A DNA stretch of 57,192 nucleotides. Origin: a virus (taxonomy: Duplodnaviria; Caudoviricetes). The translations under genes and the position numbers were made by a program. Shown here piece by piece: positions 38,812-48,650 of this stretch (position 1 is the stretch's first letter; each line of letters opens with the position of its first letter). The stretch lies in IMG/VR virus record IMGVR_UViG_3300028025_001682, positions 1-57,192 of that record, one strand, 5' to 3'. The notes beneath the pieces were generated by a model. The model was not told the origin of the DNA and searched no databases. It saw nothing but the letters and a program-made list of their open reading frames with translations.

Positions 38812-40431
38812 ATGTTCTCCATACCAATTAACTTCAAATTAGACGAAAAACAATTTAAAGAATTTTACGACTTCCTAAGTGAACATAAAGATGTTATACA
38901 TGATCTTTATTTTACTTCGAGAATGCCTCCGTTTGTGCAGGATGCCATGGGCGATGTTTTCGACATCAATGATACTGCACCTATCGAAGCGGCCTTGTAT
39001 ATTCAAAATACGCTAGGCATCCCTGTATCAGCAACTTTTAATAATATCATGGTTAGACCTAGTCAAGAAAATCTTGACTTGTTTATACATAATTTTAAAA
39101 TGCTCTACGATGCAGGGGTGCGTTCTGCAACTATTCCCCACACGCATTGGATTGCTACAGGACAAATACAGCGGGCATTCCCCGACCTGTTCATTAAGAA
39201 TACAATTCTAAGGAATGTTGTACAAGCCAATGATGCAGCCAAACTAGCAGAAGCAGGCTTCCATTATGTAAACCTTGATCGAGACTTAATGAGAGACAGA
39301 GATGCTCTCATTAAGATGAAAAAGGTCAAAGACAAGTACGGTATTAAATTAAGTCTATTAGCCAATGAAGGCTGTCTAGGTGGTTGTGCTGTAATGGACG
39401 AACACTTTCAATTCAACAACACTAGAGGTCCAGATGGAGCACAGTACTTTAATGATACAATCAGTAGAGTGAGTTGTACTAAATGGGACTACGAAGATCC
39501 TAGCACTCCATTAAAGACTGCAAACTTTACACCTTGGAGAGAAGATTGGGTTGAATTATTAGAATTTGTTGATGTTATTAAAATGCACGGTCGCGAGTCA
39601 GTGTCTAGACTCTATGAAACTATGGATATTGTTAGACGTTATAAAAAGAATGAAGAAATATTGTTTGATACATTCAATGAATACCTAACAGATACAAATT
39701 TAAAAGATCGCCCGATTGACGCTTGGCGTAAGAAAATTAAAAATTGTAAGTTTGATTGCTGGGACTGTAATTTTTGCGATAACTTATATGCTGTCAAATC
39801 TAAAATAACCGCAGATCCTAAAGTATTAGCAGTAACAGAAGAACTGGTAAATTCTGTTAACAGTGATTTTAGTTCAGACGTGCAAGGATTAACATCTCCT
39901 AGAGTTCAAAAATTAATATATGCCCTAGCAAAGCGTAGTTCTAAATATCTAGAAGTAGGCAGTGCTTTAGGTGCAACGGCAATTGCAGCCCTAACAGCCG
40001 GAGTTGAAACTCATTGCGTAGACAACTGGGGCGAAAATGTACAGCCTATGAGTCATGAATTCACTTTGCCCGATAATACTAAAGATGAATTCTTAAATAA
40101 TATCAAAGGATACAACGCACACATTCACGATAATGATATGATGGCCACAGATCTCAGCAAGATTAAAGATGTAGACTTGTTCTTCTATGATGGTCCCCAT
40201 GATGTTAATGCCACAGTCCGAGCAGTAAAGTACTATTCAGAATGTCTAGCAAAAACAGCAATACTAATCTTTGATGATGCAAATTGGAAAGGTGTAGTAC
40301 AGGGCGCAGATATGGGAATATCGTTGGCAAAGTTAACTCCTATCTATAAAAAGATGATGTTAAATTCTCCAGAAAACAAAGGTCAATGGTGGAACGGATT
40401 GTACATAGTTGTAGTACAAAAAAATGATTAA
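38812..40431 (+). CDS. Peptidase U32-family (Fe-S) domain fused to class I SAM methyltransferase (Methyltransf_24-like)
   Basis: VNLDRDLMRD, LLANEGCLGGC, IKMHGRE, CKFDCWDCNFC; then YLEVGSALG, VDNW, FYDGPH, IFDD..W.GV. Confidence 0.75.
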   Translation: MFSIPINFKLDEKQFKEFYDFLSEHKDVIHDLYFTSRMPPFVQDAMGDVFDINDTAPIEAALYIQNTLGIPVSATFNNIMVRPSQENLDLFIHNFKMLYDAGVRSATIPHTHWIATGQIQRAFPDLFIKNTILRNVVQANDAAKLAEAGFHYVNLDRDLMRDRDALIKMKKVKDKYGIKLSLLANEGCLGGCAVMDEHFQFNNTRGPDGAQYFNDTISRVSCTKWDYEDPSTPLKTANFTPWREDWVELLEFVDVIKMHGRESVSRLYETMDIVRRYKKNEEILFDTFNEYLTDTNLKDRPIDAWRKKIKNCKFDCWDCNFCDNLYAVKSKITADPKVLAVTEELVNSVNSDFSSDVQGLTSPRVQKLIYALAKRSSKYLEVGSALGATAIAALTAGVETHCVDNWGENVQPMSHEFTLPDNTKDEFLNNIKGYNAHIHDNDMMATDLSKIKDVDLFFYDGPHDVNATVRAVKYYSECLAKTAILIFDDANWKGVVQGADMGISLAKLTPIYKKMMLNSPENKGQWWNGLYIVVVQKND

Positions 40432-41026
40432 AAAATTTCCCATAGTAGCAGCAGATGTATTTGCTAAAACAAATGTTGGTACATCTGAACAACGACAGCA
40501 ATTACTAGACGAGGCATGGGGTGCATTTATGGCCAACGATGCTGAAATGAGCTTTAGTAATAGAGGCAGCTGGCGCAGTTATTTTAAGTACAAGAATTTA
40601 GACTGGTTCATGAATGAACTAAAACTGCTAGTCAATGAAGCAGGAATACATTATCAATCAATGGATCCTATCTACAAAGAAAAGACCACTCATTTTATTG
40701 CTCCTGAAATCAAGTACTGGACTAATATTAACAAACCCGGCAGCAGGAATTCTTTACATGATCACAAACTATACCATTATGTAGCAGTCTACTATCTGCA
40801 AGGTACTGGTACAGGCGATATTGTATTTTCTAATCCTAACAATGTATTAGAAGGTTGTAATCCTTATGCTCCTTTTGTAAGTCCTATAGCGTTTAGTCCC
40901 AACGACGGAGACTTGTATTTGTGGCCAGCTTGGCTACCTCACGAAACTGAAGTAAACACATCCGACCGCCATAGAATAAACATTGCGATAAACATTAGAT
41001 TTACCGCTCCAGGAAACTTTGATTAG
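40424..41026 (+). CDS. 2OG-Fe(II) oxygenase (TIGR02466-like)
   Basis: WTNINKPG..N.LHDH, VYY, WPAWLPHE, RINIAIN. Confidence 0.8.
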   Translation: MIKKFPIVAADVFAKTNVGTSEQRQQLLDEAWGAFMANDAEMSFSNRGSWRSYFKYKNLDWFMNELKLLVNEAGIHYQSMDPIYKEKTTHFIAPEIKYWTNINKPGSRNSLHDHKLYHYVAVYYLQGTGTGDIVFSNPNNVLEGCNPYAPFVSPIAFSPNDGDLYLWPAWLPHETEVNTSDRHRINIAINIRFTAPGNFD

Positions 41027-41030
41027 TAAT

Positions 41031-41795
41031 ATGAAAAAAATAGAATTCTATAGCGATATACACGGGTTAACAAGTACAGTACCTATTTTAAAAACCAGTG
41101 AAGCACTGCCTAAATGGGTTAATACTCTAAGAGCAGATTACAAACAAAATTCCAAAGAAAAGTCACATCTATATCGTTGTCCGGGAGTATTTGATCTGTT
41201 TACCACGGGCTACATTGTTACTGCCTGGCACGATATTACTCTAAAAACTGACGGTGAAAACTACGGCTGGGAATTGCCTAGTGCAGAACTGCAAATTTTA
41301 ATGGGTGCTAATCAACTGGCACAGGCACACAGCCACAGAACTACTGCTAAACATTTGCCTAGACCACCTTGGGCACATCCTAGTGTACTAAAATTAAACA
41401 CACCTTGGCATGTAGTTGCTCCTAAGGGTGTTAAGTTTTTAATAACACATGCCCCTTACCCTGATAGTTTTGAATTTCAAGCCATGAACGGTATATTAGA
41501 TCCTGGAATTAGTACTGAAATTAACATACAATTAGACTGGCATGTCCCTGCAGGTACGCACGTTATTCGTGCAGGTACTCCGCTGGCACAGCTTATACCC
41601 TTATCAGAAGAAAATTTTGAACTGGTTGTACGGGATAAAACACCGCACGATGAAGAATGGTCTCTAAAACGTAGATTTGTCAATGGTATGAGCTATATGC
41701 TAAACAGACCTAGAATTAAAAGACTCTACGAAGAGCACTTTAACCTAGACAAACCGCAGAAAACTTGTCCATTTAGCTTCTGGAAAAAGAAGTAA
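41031..41795 (+). CDS. Hypothetical protein, possible dUTPase-like beta fold
   Basis: CPGVFD...GYIV..W.D, KLNTPW, IRAGTPLAQLIP; ATG 41031 chosen over TTG 41019. Confidence 0.6.
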   Translation: MKKIEFYSDIHGLTSTVPILKTSEALPKWVNTLRADYKQNSKEKSHLYRCPGVFDLFTTGYIVTAWHDITLKTDGENYGWELPSAELQILMGANQLAQAHSHRTTAKHLPRPPWAHPSVLKLNTPWHVVAPKGVKFLITHAPYPDSFEFQAMNGILDPGISTEINIQLDWHVPAGTHVIRAGTPLAQLIPLSEENFELVVRDKTPHDEEWSLKRRFVNGMSYMLNRPRIKRLYEEHFNLDKPQKTCPFSFWKKK

Positions 41796-41863
41796 TTTAG
41801 CTCATTTCCTGTAGGCTAATAAGAGTTTAACTCTTAATAAATAGCTTATAATTGGAACATTAA

Positions 41864-43483
41864 ATGAGCATAGCTAGTCAACTATCGTTTTCAACCGCGA
41901 CATCCTTGTTAGCCGGAGCCGCGGGCTCAATCCCCTATCAAACAGCATCGAGTGCTACTACATTTTTAGCTATCGGTACTAACGGTTATGTATTAACTAG
42001 TAACGGATCAGCACCTTATTGGGCAGTGTCTAGCGGTGGATCTAGCGGGTCAAGTACTAGTACTAATACTATATTACAAACAGCTAATGCAAGTTATTAT
42101 CCGACATTTGTTGATGCTAATAATGCAACAGCAACCGGAGAATTATTCTATACTACAAGTAGCTTTGTAATTAATCCACAGAGTGGTAGAGTTGGTATCG
42201 GCACAACATCTCCCGGTTCGAGGCTGGAAATAAAATATGGAGTACAAGGTGCGCTAACACTTCCTCTTACAATCAACCCAGGGTTTTATCAATCAGGATC
42301 TTCTACAGGAATAGGGTTTCTAACAGACGGTGATACAACATACACAAAGGGCGCTCTAGTTTATACAAGTAATGGCACTGGTTGGAATATCGGAGATTTC
42401 CAATTCTTAATGCGTAATGACAATAATACTAACCCTGTAACCTTGTCCGATGCAGTAATGACTATCTATCGTAACGGTAATGTAGGCATCGGTAACACTA
42501 GTCCTGCAAATAAATTTGTCGTTAGTAATAGTGGTGCAGCTGGTTTAGAAATCGCACCAACTGGTGGATTAAGTTCAGGACCTGCTATTATTTCTTATAA
42601 TCGCAGTGGTGCAGCCTACACCCCAATTACTAGTTATGGACTAAATCATGCATGGTACGCAGGCAGCGCAGGTACTACTCGAGCAGTTGATATCGATTCA
42701 AGCGGTAATGTATTTGTTGCAACAACTGCTCAGTTAAACACTGGATTTACTCATAAATTAACAGTCAATGGAAGTATTGTTTCAGGATCGTCTGCAAGTA
42801 CTAACGGCACTATTATGTTGCAAGGTTATTACGGATCTAATGGTGCGTTAACAAACTTTGGTACAGAATATAGCAGTGGCGGGCCTTCTATTGGGTATGC
42901 GTGTTATCCATCAAATGCAGGAGCTGGAGCATTTTTCTCATCATATAATGCAGGAGCAATCGGTAGAGCAGCAATGAATATGAGTGATTCTGTAAAATGG
43001 TATACAGGATCGAGTCAAAACATAGCAATTGGTTCTGCGCTAACAATGTCTGAAAAAATGCGGTTAAGTAACGCAGGGGGTCTTAGTGTAGGAACAGCAT
43101 CGGATGGTGTTGCAGGAGAAATTCGAGCATCTAATGAAATCACAGCCTACTATAGTTCAGATATTAACTTAAAAGAAAATATTAAATTAATTGTAGATCC
43201 TCTGGGTAAGTTAGAACAGATTCGTGGAGTAAGCTACGATTGGAAAGATGAACATATCCAACAGCGCGGCGGCGAAGATGGGTATTTTGTAAGGAAACAT
43301 GACATAGGTGTTATAGCACAAGAAGTAGAAGCAGTGCTTCCGGAAATTGTAGCCACAAGAGACGACGGTACAAAAGTGGTTAAATACGAGAAGCTTGTAG
43401 CTTTGTTAATCGAAGCTGTCAAGGATCAGCAACGCCAAATTAATCAGATCTCACAGGCGCTGCAAAACATGGCCGTTAAATAA
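41864..43483 (+). CDS. Second tail fibre with peptidase S74 chaperone domain
   Basis: Shares YYPTFVD and GNVGIG modules; SSDINLKENI, GVIAQEVEAVLPE, YEKLVALLIEAVK; TAAATA 41838. Confidence 0.85.
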   Translation: MSIASQLSFSTATSLLAGAAGSIPYQTASSATTFLAIGTNGYVLTSNGSAPYWAVSSGGSSGSSTSTNTILQTANASYYPTFVDANNATATGELFYTTSSFVINPQSGRVGIGTTSPGSRLEIKYGVQGALTLPLTINPGFYQSGSSTGIGFLTDGDTTYTKGALVYTSNGTGWNIGDFQFLMRNDNNTNPVTLSDAVMTIYRNGNVGIGNTSPANKFVVSNSGAAGLEIAPTGGLSSGPAIISYNRSGAAYTPITSYGLNHAWYAGSAGTTRAVDIDSSGNVFVATTAQLNTGFTHKLTVNGSIVSGSSASTNGTIMLQGYYGSNGALTNFGTEYSSGGPSIGYACYPSNAGAGAFFSSYNAGAIGRAAMNMSDSVKWYTGSSQNIAIGSALTMSEKMRLSNAGGLSVGTASDGVAGEIRASNEITAYYSSDINLKENIKLIVDPLGKLEQIRGVSYDWKDEHIQQRGGEDGYFVRKHDIGVIAQEVEAVLPEIVATRDDGTKVVKYEKLVALLIEAVKDQQRQINQISQALQNMAVK

Positions 43484-43503
43484 GGAGGCCGCAAGAGAAC
43501 TTT

Positions 43504-43731
43504 ATGCCAGGAATTTTACCAGCAACAGGATCAGCAATTGCCATGGGCAAGGTCCAACAAGCATTTAATAACGTAACCCCAGGAACGGGAGGTAATGCCC
43601 CTACAGGTACACAGAACGTTAAGTTAAGTGCAGTGCTTGGTGTTAACTATGGCGGTAAAGTAGCTGGAGCATCAATTCCGTTCTCCTCAACTCTTGGTGG
43701 CAAAGTTACTCCAAATCCTTACGTACCATGA
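43504..43731 (+). CDS. Small Gly-rich fibre-tip-associated protein
   Basis: LPATGSAIAM..V...F N-terminus of the kind found after S74 fibres. Confidence 0.55.
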   Translation: MPGILPATGSAIAMGKVQQAFNNVTPGTGGNAPTGTQNVKLSAVLGVNYGGKVAGASIPFSSTLGGKVTPNPYVP

Positions 43732-44201
43732 AATTAACACAAATAAAAAACATACTGCCTAAAATTATCGTCGGACCAAGTAAATGGGAATTAGATTCTA
43801 TCACTTACTACGATAGAACATCCAATCTCCAAACGTTAACTAAATTTTTAACAAGAATTCAAGACCTTCAAAGTTTAAAAACTAAAGCAACTGCTGAGGA
43901 AAAACAAGAACTTGAATACCTTGTTCAATTATTAGAAGACCTAGACGAAGAAGAATGTTTAGAACTTTTAGGCAGAACTGAAGAAGACCACAAAACTTCA
44001 TTTATCGAAAACCTAGCAAGAACTAGCGCCATTGAAATCTTAACTGGAGGAAAAATCAGCTTTGAATCAATGAATACCGCTTGCAAATTGAGTCCTACTG
44101 ACTTTATACTATGTGCTAAACGCACTCAAGATTTAATCAATGCTATCCAAAGTTTGGTTATCAAGGGTGAAACACTTAGTATGGATGTTGCAGGCACATG
44201 A
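43728..44201 (+). CDS. Helical protein (homologous to 37335)
   Basis: ATGA-coupled; FxxxLARxxAIEILxxGK..M motif. Confidence 0.65.
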   Translation: MKLTQIKNILPKIIVGPSKWELDSITYYDRTSNLQTLTKFLTRIQDLQSLKTKATAEEKQELEYLVQLLEDLDEEECLELLGRTEEDHKTSFIENLARTSAIEILTGGKISFESMNTACKLSPTDFILCAKRTQDLINAIQSLVIKGETLSMDVAGT

Positions 44202-44854
44202 AGAATAAAAGCGTATTTTCATCAAGCAGTTGGTCAAATAAAAAAGGTAAGTTAGCAGTATTAATTCCGTGTAGAGATACACTGCATTCTGCTCACGCCC
44301 TTGCACTAGCTGAACTGGTTAAATTTAATACAATGAATAACATAGACACTCATGTGTTTATGGATGCCAGTACTATTTTGCTCACACAACGAGAACGTTT
44401 AGCCACTGCCGCAGTCGAATTGGATGCAGAATATGCACTATGGTTAGACAGCGACATGGTATTCCCTGCAACCACAGCAGTTAGACTTATGAGTCATAAT
44501 GAACCTGTAGTGGCGGCTAACTATGTTCGACGTCAAAAACCTTACAAAGGTGTTGCCTACGAAACTATCGGCGACTGGGAAAATCCCCTATCATTTGATG
44601 TGCAAGACGAACTAGTTCCAGTTGCAGGTATAGGTATGGGATGTATATTAACCAAAGTCAGCATTTTTAAAGAACTTAGCAAACCCTGGTTTGATTTCCA
44701 GTGGAGTCCTGAGTCAAATGATTTTCTCGGTGAAGACATGTACCTATGTCAAAAAATAGCCAACGCTGGATATACGGTTAAAGTTGATACAACATTAAGT
44801 CAAGAATTGCATCATCTTGGCACATACGCATTTAACGTAGATTTGTTAGATTAA
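44198..44854 (+). CDS. Glycosyltransferase, GT-A/GT2-like
   Basis: VLIP, R..L, LWLDSDMVFP (DxD), GMGCIL, GEDMYLC, H.G. Confidence 0.8.
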   Translation: MKNKSVFSSSSWSNKKGKLAVLIPCRDTLHSAHALALAELVKFNTMNNIDTHVFMDASTILLTQRERLATAAVELDAEYALWLDSDMVFPATTAVRLMSHNEPVVAANYVRRQKPYKGVAYETIGDWENPLSFDVQDELVPVAGIGMGCILTKVSIFKELSKPWFDFQWSPESNDFLGEDMYLCQKIANAGYTVKVDTTLSQELHHLGTYAFNVDLLD

Positions 44855-45286
44855 ATCTAACAGCAATTCTAGTTTAGCTCTAATAATTTTATTTGTAAAA
44901 GAGTTCTTAACGCCCTGGTGCAAGGGCTTAGGGTAGTTTTCGTAATCGCACCAAGCATACCCTGAATGTTCTTCATTGAGTGTTGGGGTAAATTCTCGAT
45001 CAACTAACAACACGTAGGTGTTATACTGAAAGTGTTGATCATTGCTAACAAACAGTTCTAAGGGAATAATCTTTTTAATAGTAGGAGCTTTTCCTACTTC
45101 TTCTTCTATTTCTCTTGTTAACGCATCGTAGGCAGTGTTATCAGTGGGTTCTTTCTTGCCGCCAACAAGACCCCAAGTACCAGCTGTCTTACCTTGTGTG
45201 CGTAGTAGAAATAAAAATCGACGAGTATCTTTGGCAAGAAAGATCCCGCCACTGCATATAACTTGATTTAAAGAATTAGTCGCCAT
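44846..45286 (-). CDS. Nudix hydrolase
   Basis: Nudix box GGKKEPTDNTAYDALTREIEEEVG; LNEEHSGYAW. Confidence 0.9.
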   Translation of the reverse strand: MATNSLNQVICSGGIFLAKDTRRFLFLLRTQGKTAGTWGLVGGKKEPTDNTAYDALTREIEEEVGKAPTIKKIIPLELFVSNDQHFQYNTYVLLVDREFTPTLNEEHSGYAWCDYENYPKPLHQGVKNSFTNKIIRAKLELLLDLI

Positions 45287-46668
45287 AGTTTTGCTTCGTA
45301 GATACCTTCATAACTCTTACTCCAAGAACCTTCATTCCACTTGTACTGTGTTCCTGTATATGAGTTAGTTATGTAAGTTACTTCCGTAGCGGCTGCAGAA
45401 TCGAATACAATGCTCCATGCACCGCTATTCCATTCTATGATGTCATTAGCATGTGCTTGAAAATCACTGAGGTCTGTGTTCTTCCAAGCGTCTGGACCAT
45501 CGTAACCTGGTTGCCCGTAATGACTGTTAATATTAATATCTTCTAAGATTAGATACCTTGTACCGTTAGCAACTCCTGTGGGATTAAATGTTTCTGGATT
45601 TATAACGGCATCAACTGTACCCCTACCTGAAATGGTAGTATTGCTTGGTATCGTATCGTTGTCGATACTTAATCTCATGGCAAAATCATCGCTGGGATCT
45701 AAGCTGAGATAAGCAATAACATCGTTGCCAGCAGGTTGTGTAAATCTCAATTGACTTAGCCCGGCTCTAAACTTGCCAGGATACATGTCTAATAATCTAG
45801 GCCATGAAGAAATATTGTTTGGATTAGCAACGTCTATGTCATCACCTTGACCATTTCTAGAAATCAATCTTGCTGTGTTATTAAGCACTAATAAATCAAA
45901 GTCTCCAGGAGTAACTGTTATAGTAGCATCCGGACTTGCGTTCTCAAACATCTCTGCGGCATTTACATCACTGTATTCAGTATGTATAGTACCTTGGACA
46001 GTTTCAGCAAACATGTTAGAAATAATTTTAGTAATGATACCTAATTTTTTAACTTTAGCAGGTGGAGTGATCCATATAGGTGCAGAGAACGTTATAGTCA
46101 TTATGTCAATATCTTCGTTGACGCCTTGTGGGACTGTTCTGCTACTCCACGTTTGATTTTCCAATGTTATAGTTGATAAACTTGTCCAATCAAGATAGTT
46201 GTCTGTTGTTTGAATTTCAAAACTAGGATTAAAAAATACAACTAACTGTTCCCATATTTGTAGTTTTTGTTCAGTGTTAGTTGACCATATGTCTGCAGAA
46301 AATGTTATCTTATAAGGACTAGGCATTATACGCTCAATAGTATAATTATTACCCTGAACGTTTAAGTATTCGTTGTTGTCTTCATCGAACGCACGTTCTC
46401 TAATATGGACTTTACTGACAAATGTAGGATCTTGTAATCTACTAAGATCATATTGCATGTCTTTAATGTAGCAAGAAATAAAAGGAGCACTGGGAATTGT
46501 GTTCTCGCTGTTCTTTTTAAGAATCTGACTAACTTGTCTAGTCATGTCTCCATACCGTACAGGTACACGAACTAACTGCCCTTTGGCATCTTTATAAGCA
46601 AAGTTGCTCATAATCTGTATAAACTGTGACAAGTATCTTCTTACTTGCCCGTCGTAAAAATAGTCCAT
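45268..46668 (-). CDS. gp15: Tail terminator / sheath stabilizer (T4 gp15-like) with C-terminal extension
   Basis: YFYD.QVRRY..QF, VPVRYG, PSPY.I, QIWEQL..FFNP. Confidence 0.75.
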   Translation of the reverse strand: MDYFYDGQVRRYLSQFIQIMSNFAYKDAKGQLVRVPVRYGDMTRQVSQILKKNSENTIPSAPFISCYIKDMQYDLSRLQDPTFVSKVHIRERAFDEDNNEYLNVQGNNYTIERIMPSPYKITFSADIWSTNTEQKLQIWEQLVVFFNPSFEIQTTDNYLDWTSLSTITLENQTWSSRTVPQGVNEDIDIMTITFSAPIWITPPAKVKKLGIITKIISNMFAETVQGTIHTEYSDVNAAEMFENASPDATITVTPGDFDLLVLNNTARLISRNGQGDDIDVANPNNISSWPRLLDMYPGKFRAGLSQLRFTQPAGNDVIAYLSLDPSDDFAMRLSIDNDTIPSNTTISGRGTVDAVINPETFNPTGVANGTRYLILEDININSHYGQPGYDGPDAWKNTDLSDFQAHANDIIEWNSGAWSIVFDSAAATEVTYITNSYTGTQYKWNEGSWSKSYEGIYEAKLWRLIL

Positions 46669-47855
46669 TAATTATCTGCCCTTGCTTTTAATGCTTTGCT
46701 CAATGCCTGTCTTTCTTGAACAACTTCACCGCCTATAGTTGCAGTTGATGTGTTATTAACAAAGCCTGACTTCTGTGTTTTTCTTACTTTAGTAGAGTCT
46801 GCAGTCTGCGTTTCGCCCAACATACTATTAGTCATTCTTACATTATCTTCAAACTTGATCCAATTCTTACCATCATATCTAAACAATCTGTTTGGCAAAT
46901 AATCAGTTCTAAGATAAAACTGTCCGGGTATAGCGCCACCTGGGAATGCTATACCAAAACCATACGGAGCACCGTTTGGCGGAACGCCGTCACCTGTTAG
47001 GTATCCTAGGTAATAATTCTTATCAGGAGTTGAAAGGACTGCACTGGCATCTAAAGCAGTTGAGCTAACATCGACTTCACCACTGGCAACATCTTCAACA
47101 TCAACTAGTCCGTTTTCATCTTTAGGGATTACATAAAATTGGTTTGTTACGTAACCGCTAGCACCAGTGTCTTCTTGTGCCTGTGCTATAATCTGATCAT
47201 TAATATCAATATTCTTTTGGTATGTGGACAACAGATCTCGTAGAGTGCTACCATCGCCTGCTCCAGAATCTCCGTCAAGTATTTCTTTAAATTCTTGAGT
47301 ATCAACAAGCGGTTGACATTTAGCACGAATTAAGTGCGGGTACCAAGTCTGACTGTAACCGCTAGCAGGACGAGTTACTTCGCTGACTACATAAAATCTT
47401 TTTAGTGCTACTAGACTGTCATCTAGTGCATACTCATCTTTCTGATGCGGCAGTTCAATGACATCACCTGCCATGATTTTTCTACCTATAGAATCATAAC
47501 TTCCACGTAAGTGGAATGTGATCATAATATTATCGTTTTGTAAAAATAACCCAAACTGGCTTAGGTTAAAATCAATGTCTTGTAGTGTATAAATTCCACG
47601 GATAACATAAACATCAGGATCATAATGCCGATCCCTGTTTTCCATGAATAGTACATCTTGAATGCCTAGCTCGCCTGCTTCAGCAACGTTTGCTGGTTTT
47701 GTAGGACTACTTTCGCCCTCTGCTGGATTTACTGCTCCTAGATATTTGTGTAGGTATACATCAGTGCCGCCAACCTGAAATTGCTCGTTGATTGTACGAT
47801 CTAGAAATTTAAAATCATTGCCCTTTTCGGGACGGTAAAGAGAAAGTCTTGGCAT
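46668..47855 (-). CDS. Neck / head-closure protein (T4 gp14-like)
   Basis: LSQFGLF..D...ITF, GDVIELPH; next to gp13- and gp15-like genes. Confidence 0.6.
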   Translation of the reverse strand: MPRLSLYRPEKGNDFKFLDRTINEQFQVGGTDVYLHKYLGAVNPAEGESSPTKPANVAEAGELGIQDVLFMENRDRHYDPDVYVIRGIYTLQDIDFNLSQFGLFLQNDNIMITFHLRGSYDSIGRKIMAGDVIELPHQKDEYALDDSLVALKRFYVVSEVTRPASGYSQTWYPHLIRAKCQPLVDTQEFKEILDGDSGAGDGSTLRDLLSTYQKNIDINDQIIAQAQEDTGASGYVTNQFYVIPKDENGLVDVEDVASGEVDVSSTALDASAVLSTPDKNYYLGYLTGDGVPPNGAPYGFGIAFPGGAIPGQFYLRTDYLPNRLFRYDGKNWIKFEDNVRMTNSMLGETQTADSTKVRKTQKSGFVNNTSTATIGGEVVQERQALSKALKARADN

Positions 47856-47862
47856 AGTCTAC

Positions 47863-47878
47863 TATTTATAGCTAAATA
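47863..47878. promoter_or_regulatory. Back-to-back late promoters TATTTA-TAGC-TAAATA
   Basis: TATAAATA on - (47870-47863), 7 nt before ATG 47855; TAAATA on + (47873-47878), 5 nt before ATG 47884. Confidence 0.75.
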
Positions 47879-47883
47879 TTGAT

Positions 47884-48642
47884 ATGACTGAGAACGAAAA
47901 CGAACGCCAAAAAGTAATAGACTATTGCAAACTGATGCTAGGTGATGGCATGGTTGACGTAGAGCTAGATCCTGCCCACTATAACACTGCCATTGACCGT
48001 GCTTTAAATAAGTTCCGTCAACGTAGCAGTAATGCGGTAGAAGAAAGTTTCGGCTTTTTAATGATAGAAATTGATAAAAACGACTACATTTTGCCTCAAG
48101 AAGTAACAAATGTACGTCAAATCTTTAGACGCAGTATCGGTTCTAGGTCAGGGGGCGGACAAGGTGGAACTTTGTTTGAACCATTTAATTTAGCGTATTC
48201 AAATACCTATCTATTAACTTCTTCGAACATGGGCGGCTTAGCTACCTATTATGCTTTTGCTTCATATCAGAAGCAAGTAGGCAAAATGTTCGGTAGTGAT
48301 ATTAATTTTACATTTAATAAAACTACTAAAAAACTAACTATCATGCAACGTCCTAGAAGTGAAGAAGAAGTGCTTCTGTGGTTGTTCAACTATCGTCCTG
48401 ACTTTAATCTATTACAGGACCCTTTTGCTAACCAGTGGCTCAAGGACTATTCGCTGGCTACCTGCAAGATGATGCTAGGTGAAGCCCGTGAAAAATTCAA
48501 TCAGATTGCTAGTCCGCAAGGCGGCACCGCTCTAAACGGTACTGCATTAAAAGGCGAAGGCAAAGCCGAAATGGAAACACTAGAGATGGATCTAGTAAAC
48601 TACAAAGACGGCGGCACACCACTTACATTCGTAATTGGTTAA
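47884..48642 (+). CDS. gp13: Neck protein (T4 gp13-like)
   Basis: LG..MVDVEL, WLKDYSLA.CK.MLG..R.KF, P.GG..LNG, P..FVIG. Confidence 0.8.
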   Translation: MTENENERQKVIDYCKLMLGDGMVDVELDPAHYNTAIDRALNKFRQRSSNAVEESFGFLMIEIDKNDYILPQEVTNVRQIFRRSIGSRSGGGQGGTLFEPFNLAYSNTYLLTSSNMGGLATYYAFASYQKQVGKMFGSDINFTFNKTTKKLTIMQRPRSEEEVLLWLFNYRPDFNLLQDPFANQWLKDYSLATCKMMLGEAREKFNQIASPQGGTALNGTALKGEGKAEMETLEMDLVNYKDGGTPLTFVIG

Positions 48643-48650
48643 TAAAAATC

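Noticed and set aside
38812-39800. Collagenase acting on the GXY stretch of the 25351 fibre
   Set aside because: The U32 protease label is poorly supported for characterised members, and the GXY run is only about six triplets
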